A stretch of DNA of 38,716 nucleotides from Rhodobacterales bacterium 32-66-7 (GTDB taxonomy: Bacteria; Pseudomonadota; Alphaproteobacteria; Rhodobacterales; Rhodobacteraceae): the NCBI GenBank assembly GCA_002280315.1, contig NCDS01000029.1, positions 1 to 38,716 of the forward strand. The letters run 5' to 3'. The position numbers and the translations under genes are program-made. The notes below the pieces were generated by a model. That model ran no database searches, was not told where the DNA came from, and saw only the letters and a list, made by a program, of their open reading frames with translations. Shown here one piece after another: positions 1 to 8,719 of this stretch. Each line of letters opens with the position of its first letter. Position 1 is the first letter of the stretch.

Positions 1-192
1 GGCAAGACGCGGCTCCAGCGCATAGCCGACCTCATAGGCGACGTAGCCCGCAAGCCAGGCCCCGGCGGCACGGGCAGCCTCGGCCTTGGCGAGGGCTGGG
101 CGCACCTCGGCCCTGGTCCAGGCGGCGATGACCATGCGCGGCGCGGCAAACAGTGCCGGCCCCCCGCCAGGCCCATGTTCGACCAGGATCAC
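1..192 (-). CDS. pabB: Aminodeoxychorismate synthase component I, 5' part (runs off the window start)
   Basis: Hand translation from GTG at 192 gives VILVEHGPGGGPALFAAPRMVIAAW...GAWLAGYVAYEVGYALEPRLA. The AGYxxYExGYALEP motif is typical of alphaproteobacterial PabB N-termini. Not in the ORF track. Confidence 0.7.
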   Translation of the reverse strand, partial: MILVEHGPGGGPALFAAPRMVIAAWTRAEVRPALAKAEAARAAGAWLAGYVAYEVGYALEPRLA

Positions 193-351
193 AGCGATCG
201 TCCCCTTTTCGTCACCCGTGCGGGCGTCCCCCGTGCCGGAGATAGGCCGATCACCCCTGCGCCGCCAGCCGCATTTGACCCGGTTGAGCCGCCGAAACCG
301 ACGCGCATGGCGATTTCAATGGTCCGAACCGGCCAGGGGCGCATTCAAACC

Positions 352-370
352 TTGCCTAATGATCAAATTC
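352..370 (+). promoter_or_regulatory. Candidate operator/promoter motif TTGCCTAATGATCAAATTC upstream of the permease
   Basis: 15/19 identical to 31309-31327 (TTGCGTTTTGATCAAATCC) upstream of the aminotransferase; TGATCA palindromic core. Confidence 0.4.
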
Positions 371-475
371 ACGCTTCCGTGTGGGGATCAGGCGACCACA
401 TCTTGTGGCGCTTGTGCTGTCTACTACAAAAACATCCCGATCAGGGAACCCAATCAGGGAACAAGGGGACATCAA

Positions 476-1971
476 ATGGCTTCCGATGACTATACCGACA
501 AGGCCAAGCAGGAGGACCTGAAGGTCCTGCATGGCATGGGCTACGCGCAGGAGCTGTCACGCTCCATGTCGAAATTCTCCAACTTCGCGATCTCGTTTTC
601 CATCATCTGCATCCTGTCGGGCGGGATCAACTCGCTGGGTCAGGCGACGTCGGGTGCCGGAGGGGCTGCAATCGGCATCGGCTGGCCGGTGGGCGTGCTG
701 CTCTCGGGCGTCTTTGCGCTTTGCCTCGCGCAGATTTCCTCCGCCTATCCGACGGCGGGCGGGCTTTATCACTGGGGGTCGATCCTCGGCAACCGCTTTA
801 CCGGCTGGCTTTCGGCCTGGCTGAACCTTCTCGGCCTGGTGACGGTGCTTGGTGCGATAAACGTCGCGTGATCTTCGTGGCCGGCATCACTGCCCTTCAG
901 GCGGGTGTGAACCACTTCGGCATCAAACTGACGGCGAAGTTGACCGACTTTTCCGGCTTCCTGATCCTTGGGACCGCGGCGCTCCTGACTGTCACCTCCC
1001 TTGTCTCGGCTAGCAGCCTTGATTTGTCGCGCCTTTGGACTTTCGGAAACTATCCCGGGACCGAAGGGGCTTCTGCGGTGTGGCCCGTTGCTGTCGGGGG
1101 GGGAATGGCATTCCTTCTCGGCCTGCTGCTGCCGATCTATACGATCACCGGCTACGACGCCTCGGCGCACACGTCCGAGGAAACCAGGAACGCTGCCGTC
1201 TCGGTGCCGAAGGGCATGGTGTCCTCGGTGATCTGGTCCGGCCTTGCCGGCTGGGTCATGCTGAGCGCTTTCATCCTGATGCTGCCCGACATGGACGAAG
1301 CGGCCAAGCAAGGCTGGAATGTGTTCTTCTGGGGCATGGATGCGCAGGTTGATCCGACATTGAAGCTGGTGCTTTACATCGCCATCTTCGTCTCGCAATG
1401 GCTCTGTGGGCTTGCCACGGTCACATCAGCCAGCCGAATGCTGTTCGCGTTCTCGCGCGACGGCGGGGTTCCCGCTGCGTCCAAGGCACTTGCCACGGTC
1501 AGCCCGTCCTACCGTACGCCGGTCACAGCGATCTGGACATCATCGATTCTGTCCGTGCTGTTCGTCTGGCTGACCTCGGCCATCACGATTGCCGGAACGC
1601 CCGCCTATTCCATCGTCGTGTCCTGCACCGTGATCTTCCTGTTCCTTTCGTTCGCGCTGCCGATCGCGCTCGGATTGGTGACCATTGGCGGGCCAAAATG
1701 GCCGACCATGGGGCCTTGGGACATCGGTGTCACCACGTACAAGCTACTCGCGGTCATCGCGATCCTTGCGATGGGGCTGATGTTCTACATCGGCGTTCAG
1801 CCCCCGAACGACTGGGCGTTGGAAATCACCTTGGGCTTCATCGGAGTTGCTCTGGTGATCTGGGTGGTCTTTGAGAACCGCCGCTTCCAAGGCCCGCCGA
1901 TCGGTGAAGAGATTGCCAAACGCAAGGCTGCCATCGCGGCGGCCGAGCGTGCGGTGGGCGAAGCCGTCTAA
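476..1971 (+). pseudogene. APC-family amino acid/amine permease, disrupted by an internal deletion and frameshift near 864 (probably an assembly artefact)
   Basis: ATG 476 follows the RBS-like AAGGGGA. The N-part (MGYAQELSRSMSKFSNFAISFSIICILSG, SAYPTAGGLYHW) ends at AINV; the C-part (RVIFV..., YTITGYDASAHTSEET) continues in another frame. Confidence 0.85.
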
Positions 1972-1991
1972 GCGCCGGAAGACGAAATCTT

Positions 1992-2021
1992 CGGGCCGGA
2001 GGGAAACCTCCGGCCCGTTTT
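1992..2021 (+). terminator. Rho-independent terminator
   Basis: CGGGCCGGAGG-GAAA-CCTCCGGCCCG followed by TTTT, about 20 nt after the permease stop. Confidence 0.85.
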
Positions 2022-2042
2022 GCCGGCCCCTCCGGCCAGCGC

Positions 2043-2086
2043 CAAATTTCTTGGAAGAAATTTGCAAAATCCTTCGAAGGATTTTG
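2043..2086. repeat. Two abutting 22-bp AT-rich palindromes (REP-like)
   Basis: CAAATTTCTT-GG-AAGAAATTTG immediately followed by the perfect palindrome CAAAATCCTTCGAAGGATTTTG. Confidence 0.75.
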
Positions 2087-2114
2087 GCTCCCCGCGCCCC
2101 GGCGCATTCCGCCC

Positions 2115-2142
2115 TTGCACCCCCCCCTGCCCCGGCTATAAC
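2115..2142 (+). promoter_or_regulatory. Putative sigma70 promoter of carB
   Basis: TTGCAC-N16-TATAAC, about 30 nt upstream of the carB ATG. Confidence 0.5.
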
Positions 2143-2173
2143 CCGGCCAGTTTTGCGCTGGATGGGGGCTGAC

Positions 2174-5100
2174 ATGCCGAAGCGGACCGATATCACGTCG
2201 ATCATGATCATCGGCGCGGGGCCCATCGTCATCGGCCAGGCGTGTGAGTTCGACTACTCCGGCGCGCAGGCCTGCAAGGCCCTGCGTGAGGAAGGCTACC
2301 GGGTGATCCTGGTGAACTCCAACCCCGCCACGATCATGACCGATCCGGGGCTGGCGGATGCCACCTATATCGAGCCGATCACGCCGGAGGTGGTGGCGAA
2401 AATCATCGAGAAAGAGCGTCCCGACGCGATCCTGCCCACGATGGGCGGGCAGACCGGCCTCAACACCGCTTTGGCGCTGGCTGACATGGGCGTCCTTGAC
2501 CGCTTCAAGGTCGAACTGATCGGGGCCAAGCGCGAGGCCATCGAGATGGCCGAAGACCGCAAACTGTTCCGTGAGGCGATGGACCGGATCGGCCTTGAAA
2601 ACCCCAAGGCCACGATCATCGCCGCCCCCAAGCTGCCCAATGGCAAGTACGACATCGCCGCCGGCGTGGCCGAGGCGTTGGCCGCCATCGAATACGTCGG
2701 CCTGCCCGCGATCATCCGCCCCGCCTTCACCCTCGGCGGCACCGGCGGGGGCGTGGCTTACAACCGCGACGACTATGAGGCGATCGTGAAATCGGGGCTG
2801 GAGGCGTCGCCGGTGGCGCAGGTGCTGGTGGACGAAAGCCTCCTTGGCTGGAAGGAGTTCGAGATGGAGGTGGTGCGCGACAAAGCCGACAACGCCATCA
2901 TCGTCTGCGCCATCGAGAACGTCGATCCGATGGGCGTCCACACCGGCGACAGCATTACCGTCGCCCCTGCCCTCACGCTGACCGACAAGGAATACCAGAT
3001 CATGCGCAACGGCTCCATCGCCGTGCTGCGCGAGATCGGGGTGGAGACCGGCGGGTCGAACGTGCAATGGGCGATCAACCCCGCCGATGGCCGCATGGTG
3101 GTGATCGAGATGAACCCCCGGGTGTCGCGGTCCTCCGCTTTGGCGTCGAAAGCGACCGGCTTCCCGATTGCGAAAATCGCCGCGAAGCTGGCGGTCGGCT
3201 ACACGCTGGACGAGTTGGACAACGACATCACCAAGGTCACGCCCGCGTCCTTCGAACCCTCCATCGATTATGTCGTGACCAAGATCCCCCGCTTCGCCTT
3301 CGAGAAGTTCCCCGGTTCCGAACCCAACCTGACCACCGCGATGAAATCGGTGGGTGAGGTGATGGCGATCGGCCGGACGATCCACGAGTCGATGCAGAAG
3401 GCCCTCGCCTCCTTGGAAACCGGCCTGACTGGCTTTGACGAAATCGCAATCCCGGGTGTTCAGGGACCACCCGTCCCGGGCTTGACCCGGGACCTCGACG
3501 CCGCAAGCCACGCCGCCATCGTGAAAGCCCTTGGCCAGGCCACCCCCGACCGCCTGCGTGTCATCGCCCAAGCCATGCGGCACGGGCTGACCGATGACGA
3601 GATCAACCAGATCACCGCCTTCGACCCGTGGTTCCTGACCCGCATCCGCGAGATCATCGAGGTGGAGGCGCAGATCCGCAAGGATGGCCTTCCCACCAAC
3701 CCCGACGCCCTGCGTCGCCTGAAGATGATGGGCTTCACCGACGCCCGCCTCGCCAAACTTACCGGCCGGGAGGAGGCTCAGGTCCGCCGCGCCCGCACAA
3801 GGCTTGGCGTCACCGCCGTCTTCAAGCGCATCGACACCTGCGCGGCGGAGTTCGAGGCGCAGACCCCCTACATGTATTCCACATACGAACACCCGGCGAT
3901 GGGCGACGTGGAATGCGAATCCCGCCCCTCAGCCGCGAAGAAGGTCGTCATCCTTGGCGGTGGTCCGAACCGGATCGGCCAGGGGATCGAGTTCGACTAT
4001 TGCTGCGTCCACGCCTGCTATGCCCTGACGGCAGCGGGGTATGAGACGATCATGATCAACTGCAACCCCGAGACGGTCAGCACCGACTACGACACGTCTG
4101 ACCGGCTCTATTTCGAACCCCTTACCCTGGAACATGTCCTCGAAATCCTGCGGGTGGAGAGGCAGAATGGTACCCTTCACGGCGTCATCGTCCAGTTCGG
4201 CGGCCAGACGCCCCTGAAGCTGGCGAACGCGCTTCATGCCGAGGGGATCCCGATCCTCGGCACCACGCCCGACGCCATCGACCTCGCCGAAGATCGGGAG
4301 CGGTTCCAGCAGCTCCTCCACCAGCTTGGCCTCAAGCAGCCCGTCAACGGCACCGCCCGCAGCCGGGATGAGGCGTTCAAGGTCGCAGCCGAGGTTGGCT
4401 ACCCCTTGGTGATCCGCCCCTCCTTCGTCCTTGGTGGCCGTGCGATGGAGATCATCCGCGACGACGCGCAACTGGAACGCTATATCCGATCGGCCGTTCA
4501 GGTCTCGGGCGACAGCCCGGTTCTGCTCGACAGCTACCTGTCCGGGGCAATCGAGGTGGACGTCGATGCGCTCAGTGATGGGCAATCAGTCCATGTCGCT
4601 GGAATCATGGAACATATCGAAGAGGCCGGCGTCCATTCCGGCGACAGCGCCTGCTGCCTGCCGCCCCATTCCCTGACACCCGAGACCATCGCGGAACTGA
4701 AACGCCAGACCGTGCAGATGGCGCTGGCGCTGAACGTGGTCGGCCTGATGAACGTGCAGTTCGCGATCAAGGATGCGGATATCTACGTGCTGGAGGTGAA
4801 CCCCCGCGCCAGCCGCACCGTGCCCTTCGTCGCCAAGGCCACCGATTCCGCCATCGCCGCCATCGCCGCCCGTCTGATGGCGGGGGAGCCTTTGTCCAAC
4901 TTCCCGATGCGCGCGCCCTATGCCAAAGGCGTAGGCCCCGACACGCCCCTGCCGCTCGCTGACCCCAACACCCTCGCCGACCCGAACACGCCCTGGTTCT
5001 CGGTCAAGGAGGCTGTCCTGCCGTTTGCAAGGTTCCCCGGCGTCGACCCGGTGCTGGGGCCGGAAATGCGGAGTACGGGAGAGGTGATGGGCTGGGACCG

Positions 5101-5545
5101 CACCTTCGCGCTCGCGTTCCTGAAGGCGCAGATGGGGGCCGGGACGGTGTTGCCCGATACCGGCCGGGTGTTCCTGAGCGTGAAGGACATGGACAAGACG
5201 CCCGCGCTTTCTGCCGCGATGCGCGATCTTGTGGCGATGGGGTTCGAGATCGTGACGACCAAAGGCACCGGTAGCTGGCTGTTGGCCGAGGGGACCCGGT
5301 CAACCCCGGTCAACAAGGTCTACGAAGGCCGCCCGAACATCGTGGATCGGCTGAAGAACAACGACATCGCCCTGGTGATGAACACGACCGAGGGCACGCA
5401 GGCGGTGAGCGACAGCCGGGATATCCGGAGGGTCGCGCTGATGGACAAGATCCCGTATTTCACGACAGCTGCGGCGAGTATCGCCGTGGTGGCGGCGATG
5501 AAGGCGCGGGGCGAGGGGTATGGGGTTAGGACGTTGCAGGGGTGA
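2174..5545 (+). CDS. carB: Carbamoyl-phosphate synthase large subunit
   Basis: [30 protein letters not shown] start, two ATP-grasp halves ([10 protein letters not shown]; EVNPRASRT), [18 protein letters not shown]-terminal MGS domain. True start is ATG 2174. Confidence 0.98.
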   Translation: MPKRTDITSIMIIGAGPIVIGQACEFDYSGAQACKALREEGYRVILVNSNPATIMTDPGLADATYIEPITPEVVAKIIEKERPDAILPTMGGQTGLNTALALADMGVLDRFKVELIGAKREAIEMAEDRKLFREAMDRIGLENPKATIIAAPKLPNGKYDIAAGVAEALAAIEYVGLPAIIRPAFTLGGTGGGVAYNRDDYEAIVKSGLEASPVAQVLVDESLLGWKEFEMEVVRDKADNAIIVCAIENVDPMGVHTGDSITVAPALTLTDKEYQIMRNGSIAVLREIGVETGGSNVQWAINPADGRMVVIEMNPRVSRSSALASKATGFPIAKIAAKLAVGYTLDELDNDITKVTPASFEPSIDYVVTKIPRFAFEKFPGSEPNLTTAMKSVGEVMAIGRTIHESMQKALASLETGLTGFDEIAIPGVQGPPVPGLTRDLDAASHAAIVKALGQATPDRLRVIAQAMRHGLTDDEINQITAFDPWFLTRIREIIEVEAQIRKDGLPTNPDALRRLKMMGFTDARLAKLTGREEAQVRRARTRLGVTAVFKRIDTCAAEFEAQTPYMYSTYEHPAMGDVECESRPSAAKKVVILGGGPNRIGQGIEFDYCCVHACYALTAAGYETIMINCNPETVSTDYDTSDRLYFEPLTLEHVLEILRVERQNGTLHGVIVQFGGQTPLKLANALHAEGIPILGTTPDAIDLAEDRERFQQLLHQLGLKQPVNGTARSRDEAFKVAAEVGYPLVIRPSFVLGGRAMEIIRDDAQLERYIRSAVQVSGDSPVLLDSYLSGAIEVDVDALSDGQSVHVAGIMEHIEEAGVHSGDSACCLPPHSLTPETIAELKRQTVQMALALNVVGLMNVQFAIKDADIYVLEVNPRASRTVPFVAKATDSAIAAIAARLMAGEPLSNFPMRAPYAKGVGPDTPLPLADPNTLADPNTPWFSVKEAVLPFARFPGVDPVLGPEMRSTGEVMGWDRTFALAFLKAQMGAGTVLPDTGRVFLSVKDMDKTPALSAAMRDLVAMGFEIVTTKGTGSWLLAEGTRSTPVNKVYEGRPNIVDRLKNNDIALVMNTTEGTQAVSDSRDIRRVALMDKIPYFTTAAASIAVVAAMKARGEGYGVRTLQG
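3473..3493. repeat. Palindromic REP-like unit inside the carB coding sequence
   Basis: GTCCCGGG-CTTGA-CCCGGGAC lies within a variable loop that encodes [15 protein letters not shown]. Confidence 0.5.
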
Positions 5546-5575
5546 ATTGTTAGAAAAAGTTAATGATCTTTTCCG

Positions 5576-5620
5576 TTGACAGAATCACTGCGCGTGTCTT
5601 TTCTCGCCAGTAAAAGGAGA
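5576..5620 (+). promoter_or_regulatory. Putative promoter (-35 TTGACA) and strong RBS for the AT-rich ORF pair
   Basis: TTGACA at 5576-5581 with an AT-rich upstream tract and a weak -10; AAGGAGA just before ATG 5626. Confidence 0.4.
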
Positions 5621-5625
5621 TTTAA

Positions 5626-5874
5626 ATGGCAAACGAAGTTAAACTGGTATCGGATTCTGCCGAGCTAAAGCGAATGGTGGCAAGTTATGCTGCCCAAAAC
5701 TATACAACGGTCCACTCCGACGAGCGCAGCGCAATTCTTTCAAGGCGTAAGAAGTTCAACTGGGTTCTGGCGATAATTTGTCTCTTCATCCCCATCATTG
5801 GATGGGTGGCACTCGTCTTGATGATCATGGCGGCGGGCCGTGGCTCTGAGGTAGTGGAAGTTAAGATCAATTGA
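5626..5874 (+). CDS. Small hypothetical membrane protein (82 aa)
   Basis: Strong RBS; basic RRKK followed by a hydrophobic hairpin (FNWVLAIICLFIPIIGWVALVLMIM); AT-rich codon usage. Confidence 0.75.
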   Translation: MANEVKLVSDSAELKRMVASYAAQNYTTVHSDERSAILSRRKKFNWVLAIICLFIPIIGWVALVLMIMAAGRGSEVVEVKIN

Positions 5875-5886
5875 ACTAGGCTATTT

Positions 5887-6213
5887 TTGGGGCGGCTAGT
5901 GACAGTGAAGAAAAACTATCTCATTTACGTATTTGCTGCAGTCGCGGCTTTGGCAATTGCGGGAGCCCTATTCTTAATCCTGAGCAGTAGAGAGGGTTCT
6001 TCTGGACGCGTGTCAGTTCCCACAGAACAAGAGCTTGTTGACGCTTACGTGAGCTACTACGGGAGCCTGATTAATCCCTTTGTAAAGGAGTTTTCATGTG
6101 TTGGCACCGAACAACCAGCGGTTGTAACGTGTGCCGTGATAAGAGCTACCGGAGTCGCAACTGAAACACGTTTAATGAAAACTGGTGACGGCTGGCAAAT
6201 ACTTTCGGATTAA
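5887..6213 (+). CDS. Hypothetical single-TM protein with a small two-Cys extracytoplasmic domain (start may be GTG 5899 or 5905)
   Basis: KKNYLIYVFAAVAALAIAGALFLIL anchor; FSC...VTC; follows the previous ORF by 12 nt in the same AT-rich tract. Confidence 0.6.
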   Translation: MGRLVTVKKNYLIYVFAAVAALAIAGALFLILSSREGSSGRVSVPTEQELVDAYVSYYGSLINPFVKEFSCVGTEQPAVVTCAVIRATGVATETRLMKTGDGWQILSD

Positions 6214-6218
6214 GAGGG

Positions 6219-6431
6219 TCACTCCGGCCGCCCCTCCAGAAACGCTATCGCCCGCGCCGGATCGCCATTCTTCCCTCGTTCGGCGAAGAACTCCGCCGCT
6301 CCCCTCGCGCCGATCTTTTCGGCGACAGCAAGGGCGATGTATTGATTTACCGACACCCCGTCCTTGGCGGCGAAGTCCTCGACCGCCTTTTTCAGCGAGT
6401 GGGGCAGGTTAAGCGAAACACGGGCTTTCAT
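6219..6431 (-). CDS. Ribbon-helix-helix (HicB-like C-terminal type) antitoxin
   Basis: RVSLNLPHSLKKAVEDFAAKDGVSVNQYIALAVAEKI is a typical RHH antitoxin sequence; ATGA overlap with the PIN gene. Confidence 0.85.
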   Translation of the reverse strand: MKARVSLNLPHSLKKAVEDFAAKDGVSVNQYIALAVAEKIGARGAAEFFAERGKNGDPARAIAFLEGRPE

Positions 6432-6847
6432 GTGGTAATCCTCCGCAAGGCTTCTCCCGGGGACAGGAGGGTCAGTCCGAACCGCGCCGGGACATCCCGA
6501 AAATCCCGCGCGTTGTGTGTAACGATGATGCCAGAACAGTTGATTGCAGCCTCAAGCACCATTTCATCGTCTGGGTCGCCCAACTGTGGCCGCCACTGAA
6601 AGTCGATGCCGACCGGGGTGACACTCGCGGCGATGTCGTCCAGGAATCCAGCCATTTCTTTTCGTGTCACGCCTGTGTCCAACAGGAAGTCCGCCCGGTT
6701 CAGCACCTCTTCGTACTCGTAGAACAGCGGCACAGAGCAACACCAGACGAACCGCCGCCGGAAACCCGCAACCAGCAACGGATTCGAGGCACCCCTTCGG
6801 CTGCGGAGCCCGGCCACCAGAACGTTGGTATCGAGCACCAGCTTCAT
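6428..6847 (-). CDS. PIN-domain toxin (putative TA toxin, PIN_3 type)
   Basis: MKLVLDTNVLVAGLRSRRGAS...EYEEVL...DPDDEMVLEAAIN...IVTHNARDF, with the conserved acidic PIN residues. Confidence 0.9.
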   Translation of the reverse strand: MKLVLDTNVLVAGLRSRRGASNPLLVAGFRRRFVWCCSVPLFYEYEEVLNRADFLLDTGVTRKEMAGFLDDIAASVTPVGIDFQWRPQLGDPDDEMVLEAAINCSGIIVTHNARDFRDVPARFGLTLLSPGEALRRITT

Positions 6848-6854
6848 TGTGTCA

Positions 6855-6883
6855 TATATAGCGTAACGTCACCCGTGGCGCAA
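6855..6883 (-). promoter_or_regulatory. Sigma70 promoter giving a probably leaderless TA transcript
   Basis: Minus strand reads TTGCGC-N17-TATATA-N7-ATG(6847); no RBS before the ATG. Confidence 0.6.
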
Positions 6884-6901
6884 GATGGGCGCAAGCCCCC
6901 C

Positions 6902-7693
6902 TCACTCAAACACCTTCGCGATATCCCGCACACTCACGCCTTCCTTGATCTCGCGCAGGCGGGCGTAGATCAGGGCGGTGCTCATCGCGCTCAACCCGTA
7001 GCCGATGCCGGACAGCGCGGCGAGGGTGACGGTCAGGAAGGCGATGGCGGCGGTGCTGGTGCCGAGGCCGCCGGCGAAGAGGCTGACGATGAACATCGCG
7101 ATGGCGCTGACGACGGCGTTCATGATGCCGATCAGGATCGTCGCGCCGACGATCGGCCAGCGGTAGCCCCTGGTCAGCCGCGCGCTGCGGCCAAGGCCGG
7201 AAAAGCCGTTCCGCTCGATCGCGACGGCGGCGGGCATGACCGAGAATACGGCATAGATCCACAAGCCCGGCACGATCAGCGCAAGGATGCCAAGGACCAT
7301 CAGGATGCCGGACAAAAGCCCAAGGATGGCGATGGGAAAGGCGACGGCCAGCGCCGGGGCGACGTAGCGGTTGATCTCGACCGGACGCTTCAGCTTGGCG
7401 TCATAGGCAAGCTGCACAAGTAGTGCTGCCGTGATGCCATAGGCGATCAGTTGCACCATCACCGTGATGCCAAAGGGGATCAGGTCGGCCCAGCCGGTAA
7501 GGATCGGCTCGCTGATGCCAAGGGCAACCTCCCAGCCGTTGATCAGACCGGACGCCGCCAGCGCCACCAGGGTCGGGAAGGTCGCCAGAACCATGACCGG
7601 CAGGAAATTGCGCAACAAAAGCGTCAGGCTCTCGCTGACGATGGTGCTGACCCCAAGGGCCGGGGTCGGCTCGACATCCGTGGCATAGGTCAT
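6902..7693 (-). CDS. Integral membrane protein (GDPD membrane-anchor-like), last gene of the MoxR cluster
   Basis: About 6 TM helices; LALIVPGLWIYAVFSVMPAAVAIERNGFSGLGRSARLTRGYRW and LIYARLREIKEG motifs. Confidence 0.8.
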   Translation of the reverse strand: MTYATDVEPTPALGVSTIVSESLTLLLRNFLPVMVLATFPTLVALAASGLINGWEVALGISEPILTGWADLIPFGITVMVQLIAYGITAALLVQLAYDAKLKRPVEINRYVAPALAVAFPIAILGLLSGILMVLGILALIVPGLWIYAVFSVMPAAVAIERNGFSGLGRSARLTRGYRWPIVGATILIGIMNAVVSAIAMFIVSLFAGGLGTSTAAIAFLTVTLAALSGIGYGLSAMSTALIYARLREIKEGVSVRDIAKVFE

Positions 7694-7783
7694 GATCGTT
7701 CTTTCCGGCAAACGCCGTCAGCAAAAACGGGGTCAGCGCACAAAAGCCGATACCCGCAACCGTTGCAAGACGGCCGCGCGCCG

Positions 7784-8719
7784 TTACTTGCGTCCGGGGA
7801 CGGCGTGGTGCTTGTCGGCGCGGCGGTCGCCGAAGAGCTGGCGTTGTTCAAGATGCGCGCGTTGGGCGGCGTAGAACGCCTGAAGGAAGGCCGGGTGGTC
7901 GGCGGGCGGCACCGGGTCGGCATAGCCGATCTTGCGGCGGATCCTCTCGATGATTTCGCCCAGGGTCTTGCGGTGGTGGCCATAGGCTGCGGGTGCCATC
8001 CGGCGGTCATCCACCCGCAAGAGACCCTCCAGCGTCTGAAGCTCGAACGCGCCGTAATGGTCAAGCTGGTGGGCGAGGAACACGAACTTCCCCGCCACCC
8101 CGCGCGTGGGCGTTTCGCGCACAAGGTCGCGCAGCAACACCGGGACCGGCAGATGGATCACATGGGTCCCCGCAAGCAGGTCCCCCAGCCGCTGGCGGTG
8201 CGGGTTCAAAAGCGGGATCAGAAACGCCATCACGATCCAGCCGAAGGACAGCAGCGACAGAAGCGGGGTCGTGGCATCGAGCGTGAAGAGAAGCGTGCCG
8301 GGCAGAAACACCTCTGCCTCTTTCATCAGGTTGCGCAGGACGACGGCATGCGTGGTCAGGGACCGGCCGTCATGCCCGATCACCTTGATCTTGAGCAGGC
8401 GCTTGCCAAGGGTCTGGCCGTTCCACACCAGCTCGGTCGCTATGTAATAGGGGATGCGGATCAGGAAGAACGCCATCGCGCCGATGGCATACAGGGTCTG
8501 CGGCGTGGTGAGGTTCAAAAGCCCCAGCAGGATCACGATGCAGATGACCGCCGTCATGGTGATCGCCACATCGATGACCTGCGCCGAAAGCCGGACGCCG
8601 ATCCCCGCGACGCGCAGGGTCAGGGGCACCCCCTCGGGTGACATGACCGTGTTGGGCGAGGGGCGATCCCTGCGGCGGCTTCGACGGGAAGAGCGGCGGG
8701 TCTGGGGCGCGGCGGTCAT
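7784..8719 (-). CDS. RDD family protein
   Basis: SPEGVPLTLRVAGIGVRLSAQVID; GQTLGKRLLKIKV; QRLGDLLAGTHV; ATGA overlap with the upstream gene. Confidence 0.9.
   Translation of the reverse strand: MTAAPQTRRSSRRSRRRDRPSPNTVMSPEGVPLTLRVAGIGVRLSAQVIDVAITMTAVICIVILLGLLNLTTPQTLYAIGAMAFFLIRIPYYIATELVWNGQTLGKRLLKIKVIGHDGRSLTTHAVVLRNLMKEAEVFLPGTLLFTLDATTPLLSLLSFGWIVMAFLIPLLNPHRQRLGDLLAGTHVIHLPVPVLLRDLVRETPTRGVAGKFVFLAHQLDHYGAFELQTLEGLLRVDDRRMAPAAYGHHRKTLGEIIERIRRKIGYADPVPPADHPAFLQAFYAAQRAHLEQRQLFGDRRADKHHAVPGRK

Noticed and set aside
860-872. Programmed frameshifting in the permease (also at 18845 and 32047)
   Set aside because: No slippery sequence, and conserved protein segments are missing at the junctions, which indicates deletion rather than recoding.
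1838-3892. 684-aa minus-strand ORF, and similar long antisense ORFs (11667-13712, 17830-19335, 25714-27153, 29903-31570, 37271-38476)
   Set aside because: Shadow frames of real GC-rich genes on the opposite strand; no recognisable motifs.
5550-5563. Possible CtrA box (TTAG-N6-TTAA)
   Set aside because: Half-site and spacing deviate from TTAA-N7-TTAA; expected by chance in AT-rich DNA.
5546-6900. Prophage or IS as carrier of the islet
   Set aside because: No integrase, transposase, terminal repeats or target duplication visible.
7755-7768. CGCAACCGTTGCAA resembling the iol operator
   Set aside because: One base shorter in the centre, which breaks LacI spacing, and there is no functional link; probably chance.
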